Shown in pieces: positions 1 through 9,016 of a stretch of DNA of 64,000 bases (positions are counted from its first letter, which is position 1; each line of letters begins with the position of its first letter). Below the pieces are notes generated by a model. That model was not told the DNA's origin. It saw only the letters and a program-made list of their open reading frames with translations, and did not search any database. The DNA is from an uncultured bacterium (lineage in GTDB: Bacteria; Actinomycetota; Thermoleophilia; Solirubrobacterales; 70-9): NCBI GenBank assembly GCA_963754045.1, contig CAVWEN010000002.1, forward strand, positions 1,269,475 to 1,333,474, read 5' to 3'. Both the position numbers and the translations under genes were made by a program.

Positions 1-947
1 TCGACGGAGAGCCGTTTGAGGGCGGCACGGGCACCGACATGACCGTGGAGCTCGGGTCCGGTGGGCTGCTCGAAGAGTTCGAAATGGGACTTCGAGGTGC
101 CACTGCGGGTGAATCTCGCGAGGTCGAGGTCACCTTCCCGGACGATTACGGTGCCGAGGATCTGCAGGGCAAACGGGCCGCCTTTTCGATTTCGGTCAAG
201 GAGGTCCGCGAGAAGGAGCTGCCCGAACTAGACGACGATTTCGCTCAGACGGCCTCGGAGTTCGACACACTCGACGAGCTGCGCGAAGAGATCTCGACAC
301 GCATGCTGGAAGCCCTCGAGCAGCGCGCCGAATCGGAATTCAAGGACGCCGCCGTGGAGGCAGCGGTTGAGCGGGCCACGGTCGAACTTCCGCGAGACCT
401 CGTCCACGCCCGCGCCCACGAGCTGTGGGAGCGCTTTGAGCGCTCGCTCACGGCGCGCGGAATCGACCCTCAGACGTACGCGCAGATGCAGGGCAAGGAT
501 CGCCACGAGCTGATCAGCGATGGGGAGGAGAGCGCCGGGCTCACCCTGCGGCGCGAGGCCACGCTGGCCGCCATCGCCGAGGCAGAGGACATCGAGCCGA
601 CCGACGACGATCTGATCGAGGCCCTCGGGCCCGGTGACGGCAAGGACTCGCCCGACAAGATCCTCATGCGCCTACGCGAGAACGGACGTGACGGGATGCT
701 GATCGAGGAGGTTCGTCTGCGCAAGGCCGCCGAGCTGATCGCGGAGTCGGCGAAGCCAATCCCGCAGGCTCCGGCCCAGCCCGATCCGCCGGCCCAGCCC
801 GATCCGCCGGCCCAGTCCGATCCGCCGGCCGAGTCCGATCCGCCGGCCGAGTCCGATCCGCCGGCCGAGTCCGATCCGCCGGCACAGCAACCTGCCAAGG
901 CAGACAAGCCAGCGAGCAAGCTCTGGACTCCCGGTCGCCCGGACTGA
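1..947 (+). CDS. tig: trigger factor, C-terminal part (5' end lies upstream of the window) with a Pro-rich hexapeptide-repeat tail
   Basis: Frame is open from base 3 (DGEPFEGGTGTD precedes the first Met at 39). PPIase/C-terminal chaperone-like sequence. Classical tig-clpP-clpX neighbourhood. Confidence 0.85.
   Translation, partial: DGEPFEGGTGTDMTVELGSGGLLEEFEMGLRGATAGESREVEVTFPDDYGAEDLQGKRAAFSISVKEVREKELPELDDDFAQTASEFDTLDELREEISTRMLEALEQRAESEFKDAAVEAAVERATVELPRDLVHARAHELWERFERSLTARGIDPQTYAQMQGKDRHELISDGEESAGLTLRREATLAAIAEAEDIEPTDDDLIEALGPGDGKDSPDKILMRLRENGRDGMLIEEVRLRKAAELIAESAKPIPQAPAQPDPPAQPDPPAQSDPPAESDPPAESDPPAESDPPAQQPAKADKPASKLWTPGRPD
771..878 (+). repeat. 18-bp in-frame tandem repeat, 6 copies, encoding PA(Q/E)(P/S)DP inside the tig 3' end
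   Basis: CCGGCCCAGCCCGATCCG x2, then CCGGCCCAGTCCGATCCG, then CCGGCCGAGTCCGATCCG x3, read directly. A degenerate 7th unit follows. Confidence 0.95.
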
Positions 948-950
948 GGT

Positions 951-1000
951 CCGGTGGCACGCGCAACCCGTCCCTGGGGTAGCTCAGGCGTGCCACCCGG
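951..1000 (+). terminator. long GC-rich stem-loop just after the tig stop (possible U-tract-less terminator or clpP leader structure)
   Basis: GGTGGCACGC (953-962) pairs perfectly with GCGTGCCACC (988-997). Inner ACCC/GGGT pairs lie in the loop. There is no T-run after it. Confidence 0.3.
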
Positions 1001-1068
1001 GTGATGAGCCCCGCACGCACATCGCAGGCGTGGTTTCCGCGCACCCCCGTGAGTAGACTCGCCGACCA

Positions 1069-1653
<585 letters not shown>

Positions 1654-1781
1654 GAGCTGGCTCCGCCGACCTCGGCGGCTCCGGCGCGGTGACCCGGGGC
1701 CGGAACACCCCCTGCCCGCAGGCGGTGCCGACCATTCGAGCCTGCGACGGGGGTGAGTTAGGCGCGTGATCCAGGCCGCGG

Positions 1782-2201
1782 CTACGTGGCCCGGAAGCGC
1801 TCCGTGCCCGAGTTGCACGGGATCGTTCCGCCGCCTTCGGCCTGGAACTCGCCGAAAACCCTGATCTTGCCGCGGATCCGTTTGAACGAGCGGGCGAACT
1901 TGCCCGAAATCCTTGACTGTCCGCCTGTGCCGTCGGAGGCGCGGATGCGGAACTTGCGCTTGGCGTTGACCGGGGCGCCGCCGCGGATGCTGAAGCGCAG
2001 GTGGTGCTCCGTGCCCTGACAGTCAACGACGATCTTCTTGATCCGAATCTTGCCGATGGAGATGTTCCCGCCACCCTGATGCTTGACAGCAATCCTCACC
2101 GAGCCTCCGCCGGTGATATGGCCCGATCGCCTGGCTCCGTCGGCCATCGCCGGGATCGCGAGAGTGCCTGCCAAGACGATTGCTGCGAGCTTCCCCTTCA
2201 A
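1782..2201 (-). CDS. small secreted basic protein, function unknown (139 aa)
   Basis: GGAGG, 7 nt, then TTG start at 2201. N-terminal signal-peptide-like KGKLAAIVLAGTLAIPAMA. Two Cys residues. The longer 228-aa ORF in the track is probably an upstream over-extension. Confidence 0.55.
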   Translation of the reverse strand: MKGKLAAIVLAGTLAIPAMADGARRSGHITGGGSVRIAVKHQGGGNISIGKIRIKKIVVDCQGTEHHLRFSIRGGAPVNAKRKFRIRASDGTGGQSRISGKFARSFKRIRGKIRVFGEFQAEGGGTIPCNSGTERFRAT

Positions 2202-2446
2202 GTTCTTACCTCCGCGTTGTTTGCTCCAAGTCCTGGGGCTGTTCCCTGCCAGGCATCCATTGTAAGCGCCCGCCGTGGTTTCGCCCAGCTTGATCGGCCG
2301 ACCTATGCCACGCCTGCAATCGCGCTCGCGCTTGAAGGGACGAACGCTCCTGTCGAGTAACAACCCAGAGACGAGGCCGGTGCCCGCCGTTCCGTAAGCT
2401 GGAGCGCAGAGGTCAGGCCATCCCCGAGCGCTGAGGAGAGAACCGC

Positions 2447-3733
2447 GTGGCACGCCCGACCGACTCAAACGAGCAACTGCTCTGCAGCTTCTGCGGTAAG
2501 TCCCAGCGGCAGGTCAAGAAGCTGATCGCCGGCCCCGGCGTCTACATCTGCGACGAGTGCATCGATCTCTGCAACGAGATCATCGACGAGGAGCTGACGG
2601 CGCCACCGAGCTTCGAGCTCGAGAACCTGCCGAAGCCCGCGGAGATCAACGAGGTTCTGGACGAGTACGTGATCGGCCAGGAGAACGCGAAGCGCGCCCT
2701 CTCCGTCGCCGTCTATAACCACTACAAGCGGGTCCAGATCAAGCAGACCGCCTCCGACGGCGACGTCGAGCTGCAGAAGTCGAACATCATGCTGCTCGGC
2801 CCCACCGGTTGCGGCAAGACCCTGCTGGCCCAGACACTCGCGCGGATCCTCAACGTGCCCTTCGCGATCGCCGACGCCACAGCACTGACCGAGGCGGGCT
2901 ACGTCGGCGAGGACGTCGAGAACATCCTCCTCAAGTTGATCCAGGCTGCCGACTTCGATGTCAAGAAGGCCGAAACGGGAATCATCTACATCGACGAGAT
3001 CGACAAGATCGCCCGCAAGGCCGACAATCCGTCGATCACGCGCGACGTCTCCGGCGAGGGCGTGCAGCAGGCGCTGCTGAAGATCCTCGAGGGCACCACC
3101 GCGTCGGTCCCGCCACAGGGTGGGCGCAAGCACCCCCATCAGGAGTTCCTGACGATCGACACGACAAACATCCTGTTCATCTGCGGCGGCTCGTTCGCGA
3201 GCCTCGACCAGGTGATCGAGAAGCGGGTCGGCAACAAGGGCGTGGGCTTCGGCGCCCAGGTCTCCAGTCGCGCGAAGGGCGACGTGGGCGAGCTCTTCGA
3301 GAAGGTCCTGCCCGAGGACCTGATCGAGTACGGGCTGATCCCAGAGTTCATCGGCCGCCTGCCGGTGATGGCCTCGATCCACCAGCTCTCGCGCTCAGAT
3401 CTGATCACAATCCTCACGGAGCCGCGGAACGCGCTGACCAAGCAGTTCCAGCGTTTCTTCGATTTCGACGAGATCGAGTTGGTGTTCGCCGACGACTCGC
3501 TCGACGCGATCGCCGACCGTGCCCTCGAGCGTGAGACCGGAGCTCGTGGCCTACGGTCGATCCTCGAGGAAACGCTGCTCGATGTCCAGTTCGAACTCCC
3601 ATCGCGCCGCGACGTGACCAAGTGCGTCGTAACAAAGGAAACGATCAGCGAGGGGCGCCGACCGACTCTGGTCACCGAGGCCGTCGCCGACGAAGCCGGC
3701 GAGGACCTGGGCGAGGTCGAAGAGAGCGCCTGA
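2447..3733 (+). CDS. clpX: ATP-dependent Clp protease ATP-binding subunit ClpX
   Basis: N-terminal zinc-binding CSFCGK...CDEC, Walker A GPTGCGKT, and a GAGGAGAG Shine-Dalgarno before the GTG start. Confidence 0.97.
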   Translation: MARPTDSNEQLLCSFCGKSQRQVKKLIAGPGVYICDECIDLCNEIIDEELTAPPSFELENLPKPAEINEVLDEYVIGQENAKRALSVAVYNHYKRVQIKQTASDGDVELQKSNIMLLGPTGCGKTLLAQTLARILNVPFAIADATALTEAGYVGEDVENILLKLIQAADFDVKKAETGIIYIDEIDKIARKADNPSITRDVSGEGVQQALLKILEGTTASVPPQGGRKHPHQEFLTIDTTNILFICGGSFASLDQVIEKRVGNKGVGFGAQVSSRAKGDVGELFEKVLPEDLIEYGLIPEFIGRLPVMASIHQLSRSDLITILTEPRNALTKQFQRFFDFDEIELVFADDSLDAIADRALERETGARGLRSILEETLLDVQFELPSRRDVTKCVVTKETISEGRRPTLVTEAVADEAGEDLGEVEESA

Positions 3734-3744
3734 ACGGCCCGCCG

Positions 3745-4884
3745 CTAGGTCCTGGTCGTTGCGACCAGGTCGCGGTGCGGAGCGATGCCGTGCCGCTCGG
3801 CCGCTCCTTTGAGTTCGTCCGTGAGGGCCCAGCGGTCGGGGGCCTCGGGCCCCTCGTGGGCCGGATGGGCACCCTTGAGCTGCATCGAGCCGGTGTTGTC
3901 GCCGATCTCGCGGATCGCCGCGATCTGGTCGGCCGCGAGCTTCGACGCGGTGGGGAGCGCGGCCAGTTCGGCGCGTTTTTCCTCGATCGGCCTGGCCTCA
4001 TCCCCCGCTTCCTGGATGAGGGTCGGGGCCACGCATTCGACTGCCGGGTGGGCGAGGTTCCACTGACAGGCGAGTTGAATCGGGGTGAGGCCGGATTCCT
4101 TGGCGATCGAGAGCATGCGCTCGATTCGCTCGAGCCCGCGCTCGATCCAGCCGTCGGGACGAAACCGCCGATGGTCGCGCTCGCCGAGCGGGGTGGAGGC
4201 GTCGAGATCGCCCCAGAACAAACCGCCGTAGTCCACGACGCGGGTGATTACCCGCACGCTCGCGGTTGCGGCCGCGTCAAGCGCCAGCTCACCCGGCCAC
4301 GGCTCGAGCGGGTTCAGGATCACCATCGCCCAGTCCAGCCGATCGCCAAAGCGCTCCAGGCACCCGATCAGGTCGAGGGTGAAGCCGTTCGCCGGCCCGG
4401 GTGCGACGCCGATCGCGCCGGTCAGCCCGGCCTCGCGCAACGCCGCCATCCCGTCCCAGACGGCCTCGCTTTCGTAGCCGGTGCGGTCCGGGTTGTGCAA
4501 CAGCAGCAGGTCGAACGCGTCCGCCCCCAGCCGATCCAGACTCCGCTCGGTTGCCATCCGCAGGTACGAGGCGTACTCGCCGGGTCCGCGTAAAGACGGA
4601 TCGGTGAAGCGGGGAAATCCCTTGGCGCCCTGGCGCTCGCCCTCGTAGAAGTCGTGGCCGACGGCCCCCACCAGCGAGTACGAGTCGCGCGTCACGCCGC
4701 CGAGCGCTGTGCCCAGCAGCAAGTCGGCCTCGCCGGCCCCGTAGGCATCGGCGGTCACGACCGTGTCTATGCCGTCGCCCGGGCGGAACAACGCCAGCAC
4801 CCGGTCGTCGCCCAGCGGCTCGCCGAAATGCATGAAGCGACCGCCGCTCCAGGTTCCGATCGCCCTGTCCGACGGGTCGCGCAT
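3745..4884 (-). CDS. aldo/keto reductase family oxidoreductase
   Basis: AKR-like sequence (DTADAYGAGEADLLLG, LLLHNPD). Start placed at the internal Met (MRDPSD) because upstream residues overlap the valS promoter region. Confidence 0.8.
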   Translation of the reverse strand: MRDPSDRAIGTWSGGRFMHFGEPLGDDRVLALFRPGDGIDTVVTADAYGAGEADLLLGTALGGVTRDSYSLVGAVGHDFYEGERQGAKGFPRFTDPSLRGPGEYASYLRMATERSLDRLGADAFDLLLLHNPDRTGYESEAVWDGMAALREAGLTGAIGVAPGPANGFTLDLIGCLERFGDRLDWAMVILNPLEPWPGELALDAAATASVRVITRVVDYGGLFWGDLDASTPLGERDHRRFRPDGWIERGLERIERMLSIAKESGLTPIQLACQWNLAHPAVECVAPTLIQEAGDEARPIEEKRAELAALPTASKLAADQIAAIREIGDNTGSMQLKGAHPAHEGPEAPDRWALTDELKGAAERHGIAPHRDLVATTRT

Positions 4885-4985
4885 GACGGGCGCAAGCCTA
4901 GAAGCTCCGCCAAGCGTGCATTTCGGACTCCACCATGCGTTGAAACCGCACGCTTGCTGATCGGGTTCTTCTTGTGCCGCCTGCA

Positions 4986-4991
4986 TAACAT
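4986..4991 (+). promoter_or_regulatory. -10-like hexamer TAACAT, 7 nt before the valS ATG (leaderless geometry)
   Basis: TANNNT read directly. Its spacing to the start codon is 7 nt. Confidence 0.3.
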
Positions 4992-4998
4992 CGCCGCC

Positions 4999-7581
4999 AT
5001 GAGCGAAGAGCGGCTAGCGGCACTCGTGGAGCAGACGCGGTGGGAGCCGGGTGAGGTCGAGCCGCGAGTGCTCCAGCGCTGGCTCGCGAGCGGCATCTTC
5101 AGTCCGGCCCCGCGCGAATCAGAGGAGCACTTCTCGATCGCGATCCCGCCGCCCAACATCACGGGCGCCCTACATATGGGCCACGCCCTGAACGGTTCGA
5201 TACAGGACTCGCTGATCCGCCTGAACCGCATGCGGGGCGTGCCGACTCGCTGGGTCCTCGGCACCGACCACGCGGGAATCGCGACCCAGTCCGTCGTCGA
5301 GAAGGAGCTGGCCACGCAGGGGATCTCACCCCAGGAGTTGGGACGGGATGCGTTTGTCGAGCTCGTCTGGGAATGGCGCGAGCAGTACGGCTCGCAGATC
5401 ATCGGCCAGCTGAAGCGCCTCGGAGCGTCGGCCGACTACACGGACGAGCGCTTCACGATGGACGCGGGCTACGCGCGAGCGGTTACCCACGTGTTCGTGG
5501 CCCTGCACGAGCGCGGCCACATCTACCGCGACAACTACATGGTCAACTGGGATCCGGGGCTCGGGTCGGCGATCTCTGACCTCGAGGTCGAGCAACGCAC
5601 ACTCACCGACACGCTGTATGAGATCGCCTATCCGCTGGCCGACGGCTCGGGAGCGGTCACCGTCGCCACGGTTCGTCCGGAGACGATGTTGGGCGACAGC
5701 GCCGTCGCCGTCGCCCCAGACGACGAACGCTACGCCTCTCTGGTCGGCTCCGAGGTGGTGCTGCCGCTGGTCGGGCGCCGGTTGCCGATCATCGCGGACG
5801 AGCACGTGGACCCTGAGTTCGGAACCGGCGCGCTCAAGATCACGCCGGGGCACGACCCCAACGATTTTGAGATCGGGCGGCGGCACGAGCTCGAGGCGAT
5901 TTCCGTGATCGGCGAGGACGGGCGTATGACCGAAGCCGCGGGCGAGCTATTCGCGGGGCTTGAGGCGGACGAGGCCCGCGAGGCCGTTGTTGCAGCGCTG
6001 CGGGCGGACGGGGCGATCCGCTCCGAAGAGCCTTATACACACGACGTTCCGCATTCGCACCGCTCCGGACGCCGGGTCGAGCCGCTGATCTCGTTGCAGT
6101 GGTTCTGCGACATGGAGGCGCTCGCCAAGCCGGCTGCCGCGGTGGTCCGCGACGGCAGGGTGCGCTTTCACCCCGATCAGCCCTGGTCGAAGGTCTACCT
6201 CGACTGGCTCGACAACATTCGCCCCTGGTGCATCTCGCGCCAGCTCTGGTGGGGACATCGCCTCCCGGTGCATTACTGCGATGCCTGCGAGGAGACCTTC
6301 GTCTCGGCCGAGCCGCCGAAGCGCTGCGGTACCTGCGACGGCGTGTTGCGCCAGGAGGATGACGTTCTCGATACCTGGTTTTCCTCGGCGCTGTGGCCAT
6401 TCGCCACGCTGGGCTGGCCCGCGGCGACGCCCGAGCTGGCGGCCTGGTACCCCACGAGCGTCCTCTCGACGGCCAGGGACATCATCTTTCTCTGGGTGGC
6501 GCGGATGGTGATGATGGGCCTCGAGTTCCTTGACGAGGTCCCGTTTGCCGACGTGAACATCCACTCCGTCATCCAGGCACCGGACGGGCGGCGGATGTCG
6601 AAGAGCCTCGGGACCGGAATCGATCCCCTGTCGGAGATCGAACTGCACGGCGCCGACGCGCTTCGCTTCGGCCTGCTGGCGATGTCGTCCACCCAGGACG
6701 TGCGCTACTCGGACGCCAAGGTTCGCCAGGGGCGCGACCTGGCGAACAAGATGTGGAACGCGTCCCGGCTGATCCTGCTCAATGCCGGCGCGGCGACCCC
6801 GGCAGCGCCGGGCCAGGAGGCGCGGGTCGAGGACCGCTGGATTGCCTCGCGACTGCAGGCCGCGATCGCCTCGGTCACCTCCTACCTGGACGCCTACGAC
6901 TTCGCCCACGCCTCCCTCACGCTGTATCGCTTCTTTTGGTCGGAGCTGTGCGACTGGTACCTCGAGATCGTTAAGCCCCGGCTCTACGAAGCGGAGGAGG
7001 GCGCCGCGTCGACACTGCTCTGGGCGCTGGACGAGACCCTTGCTCTGGCCCATCCGATCATGCCGTTCGTGACCGAGGAGATCTACGCCTATCTCCAGGA
7101 TCTGGTCGCAGCCGAAGGCCCCGAATTGCTCGCGGCGAGAACCTTTCCGACGGCCGTCGACAGGTTGGACGACGCTGCCGCCGAGGCCGAGGTTGAGGCC
7201 TCCATCGCGCTGACGCGCGCGGTGCGGCGATGGCGCGATCTCGCGGGTGTGCCGGTGGGGAGCGTTCTCCCCGCGCGCGTCGCCTCCGGCGAGCCGCCAC
7301 ACGAGTTGGTCGCACGGCTCGCTCGGCTACAGCTCGATGGCGCCGGCGGCGATGCGCTCGCGAGCGTCGGTCCACTGGAGTTGCTCGCCAGCGACGAAAT
7401 CGATCCGGCCCAGGTCCGCGCACGGGTCGACGCACGGCTGGGCGAGCTCCGATCTGAGGTCGAGCGCGGCGAGCGCAAGCTGGCGAACGAGGGTTTTGTC
7501 GCCAAGGCGCCCCCCGAAGTGGTCGAAGAGGAGCGGCGCAAGCTCGACGGCTACCGCGAGGAGCTGGCGGAGCTCGAGTGA
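4999..7581 (+). CDS. valS: valine--tRNA ligase
   Basis: Class I aaRS motifs (PPPNITGALHMGH, KMSKS) and a C-terminal coiled coil. Start moved to MSEERLAAL. The upstream part of the 975-aa ORF is antisense to the AKR gene. Confidence 0.95.
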   Translation: MSEERLAALVEQTRWEPGEVEPRVLQRWLASGIFSPAPRESEEHFSIAIPPPNITGALHMGHALNGSIQDSLIRLNRMRGVPTRWVLGTDHAGIATQSVVEKELATQGISPQELGRDAFVELVWEWREQYGSQIIGQLKRLGASADYTDERFTMDAGYARAVTHVFVALHERGHIYRDNYMVNWDPGLGSAISDLEVEQRTLTDTLYEIAYPLADGSGAVTVATVRPETMLGDSAVAVAPDDERYASLVGSEVVLPLVGRRLPIIADEHVDPEFGTGALKITPGHDPNDFEIGRRHELEAISVIGEDGRMTEAAGELFAGLEADEAREAVVAALRADGAIRSEEPYTHDVPHSHRSGRRVEPLISLQWFCDMEALAKPAAAVVRDGRVRFHPDQPWSKVYLDWLDNIRPWCISRQLWWGHRLPVHYCDACEETFVSAEPPKRCGTCDGVLRQEDDVLDTWFSSALWPFATLGWPAATPELAAWYPTSVLSTARDIIFLWVARMVMMGLEFLDEVPFADVNIHSVIQAPDGRRMSKSLGTGIDPLSEIELHGADALRFGLLAMSSTQDVRYSDAKVRQGRDLANKMWNASRLILLNAGAATPAAPGQEARVEDRWIASRLQAAIASVTSYLDAYDFAHASLTLYRFFWSELCDWYLEIVKPRLYEAEEGAASTLLWALDETLALAHPIMPFVTEEIYAYLQDLVAAEGPELLAARTFPTAVDRLDDAAAEAEVEASIALTRAVRRWRDLAGVPVGSVLPARVASGEPPHELVARLARLQLDGAGGDALASVGPLELLASDEIDPAQVRARVDARLGELRSEVERGERKLANEGFVAKAPPEVVEEERRKLDGYREELAELE

Positions 7582-8906
7582 GCGACGCGAGTCGCGAGAG
7601 CGGATTCGGCCCCCGCCAGGGGGCTCGGTTGAGCGCTGAGGACTGGCTGAGCGGACTGGACCCGCTTGGCTGGCGCTTCGGGCTCGAGCGGATCAACGCG
7701 TTGCTCGATTCGCTCGGGAGGCCGCAGGACGCGTTTGTCTCCGTCCATGTCGTCGGCACGAACGGGAAGTCGTCGGTCACCGCGATGGTCGCCGCGCTCG
7801 CGCAGGAGCACGGTCTCCGGGCGGGCGCATATCTGTCCCCACACGCCGACCGCTGGGCTGAGCGGATCCGGATCGGAGGCAAGGAAATCGATCCGGTTGC
7901 GTTCGATGCGGCGGCGGCGCGGGTTCGGGAGTCGATAGCGGACATCGAGGCCACACTCGACGCGCGCGACCGGGTGACCCAGTTCGAGGCCGTTACGGCA
8001 ACCGCATTCGTTGCTCTGGCGGAGGCCGGGGTGGAGGTGGCGGGGGTCGAGGCAGGGCTTGGCGGACGGCTCGACGCCACCAACGTCCTGCACAGCCGCG
8101 TTACCGCCCTCACCTCGGTGGGGCTCGACCACACCGAGCTGCTGGGCGACACGGAACTGGAGATCGCGGCGGAGAAGCTCGCGGTGTTGCGGGAGGGCAC
8201 CGTGCTCGTGGTGGGGGAGCTTCCGGGCGCCGTGGCCGAGCTGGCGAGCAGGCGGGCGCGCGAACGCGGTGCCCGCTACGTCGACGCTGGCGACTCGCTG
8301 AAGGATTTGGAGGGCCACAGCCAGCCCAAGCCTTCAGCGGACTGGGCGCCCTATATGTGGCGCAACCTGGGCGTGGCGCTCGCGTGTGTACGGGAGCTCT
8401 ACGGAAGCCCGAACAGTTCGGCGGTGACACGTGCGATCGAGGGGCTTCAGCTGCCCGGTCGATTGGAGGTCGTTGCCGGAGATCCGCCGCTGATCCTCGA
8501 CGCGGCTCACAATCCCGACGGCGCTAGGGCGCTTGCAGAGGCACTCCCGCGTGCGAGCGGCGGGCGTCCGGTGGTTGCCTGCGTCGCGATGCTCGCGGAC
8601 AAGGATGCGGCGGGCGTGCTGGAGGCGCTTGCTCCTGGGGTCGCCTTGTTCGTGTGCACCGAGATCCCAAGCGCGCGGCTACAGGGCGCCGGGCGCCCAG
8701 GGACAACGTCGATCACGGCCGCCGATCTCAGCGCGATCTGCGCGGCGGTGGGGGTCGAGGCGATCGCGATCGCCGATCCCGTCGAGGCTGCTGCGGAGGC
8801 ACTACGACTCGCACGAGAGCGGTGCGGGGTGGCACTCGCGGCCGGATCGCACTACCTTCTCGGCTACGCATGGACCGCGAGGCACGCTCAGAGCTCTTCC
8901 AGATGA
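7578..8906 (+). CDS. folC: bifunctional folylpolyglutamate synthase / dihydrofolate synthase
   Basis: Mur-ligase-type P-loop VGTNGKSS. GTGA overlap with the valS stop. valS-folC synteny. Confidence 0.9.
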   Translation: MSDASRESGFGPRQGARLSAEDWLSGLDPLGWRFGLERINALLDSLGRPQDAFVSVHVVGTNGKSSVTAMVAALAQEHGLRAGAYLSPHADRWAERIRIGGKEIDPVAFDAAAARVRESIADIEATLDARDRVTQFEAVTATAFVALAEAGVEVAGVEAGLGGRLDATNVLHSRVTALTSVGLDHTELLGDTELEIAAEKLAVLREGTVLVVGELPGAVAELASRRARERGARYVDAGDSLKDLEGHSQPKPSADWAPYMWRNLGVALACVRELYGSPNSSAVTRAIEGLQLPGRLEVVAGDPPLILDAAHNPDGARALAEALPRASGGRPVVACVAMLADKDAAGVLEALAPGVALFVCTEIPSARLQGAGRPGTTSITAADLSAICAAVGVEAIAIADPVEAAAEALRLARERCGVALAAGSHYLLGYAWTARHAQSSSR

Positions 8907-8989
8907 TGGGGCTGGTCGCCGCTGTGGTGGCCGTCGTGATTCTGGTCTTTTTCGGTCTTGGGTACCTGTTCGGCAGGATGTTCCTCTAA
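8903..8989 (+). CDS. possible 28-aa single-pass membrane peptide
   Basis: ATGATG overlap with the folC stop. Encodes MMGLVAAVVAVVILVFFGLGYLFGRMFL. Below the ORF-track size cutoff. Confidence 0.35.
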   Translation: MMGLVAAVVAVVILVFFGLGYLFGRMFL

Positions 8990-9016
8990 TTCGCGGCTAG
9001 ACTGGCCGCGATCGCC

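Noticed and set aside
771-878. Tandem repeats (tig 18-mers, rplU 15-mers at 17854-17928, TCC run at 9476) considered as a CRISPR array or other non-coding array.
   Set aside because: They are contiguous with no spacers, lie in frame inside well-supported CDSs, and encode low-complexity peptide repeats.
4654-4998. N-terminal extensions of real genes in the ORF track: valS from 4654, leuS from 27521, dnaJ from 44079, trpG from 51819, obg from 18999, the MBL hydrolase from 26121, and the malic enzyme to 63675.
   Set aside because: The extensions overlap neighbouring genes or intergenic DNA and lack family similarity. The conserved N-termini begin at internal Met/Val codons, several of which have a correctly spaced -10 hexamer or a start/stop overlap.
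5947-7302. Long ORFs antisense to, or out of frame with, clear housekeeping genes. Examples: 5947..7302(-) in valS, 28502..30154(-) in leuS, 45481..46884(-) over prmA, 62635..63612(+) opposite the malic enzyme, 37484..38452(-) opposite the M23 peptidase, 9551..10678(-), 470..1105(-), and 12 others of similar kind.
   Set aside because: In high-GC DNA stop codons are rare in all frames. These translations are Arg/Ala/Pro/Gly-rich low-complexity strings, and each overlaps a gene with unmistakable conserved motifs on the other strand or frame.
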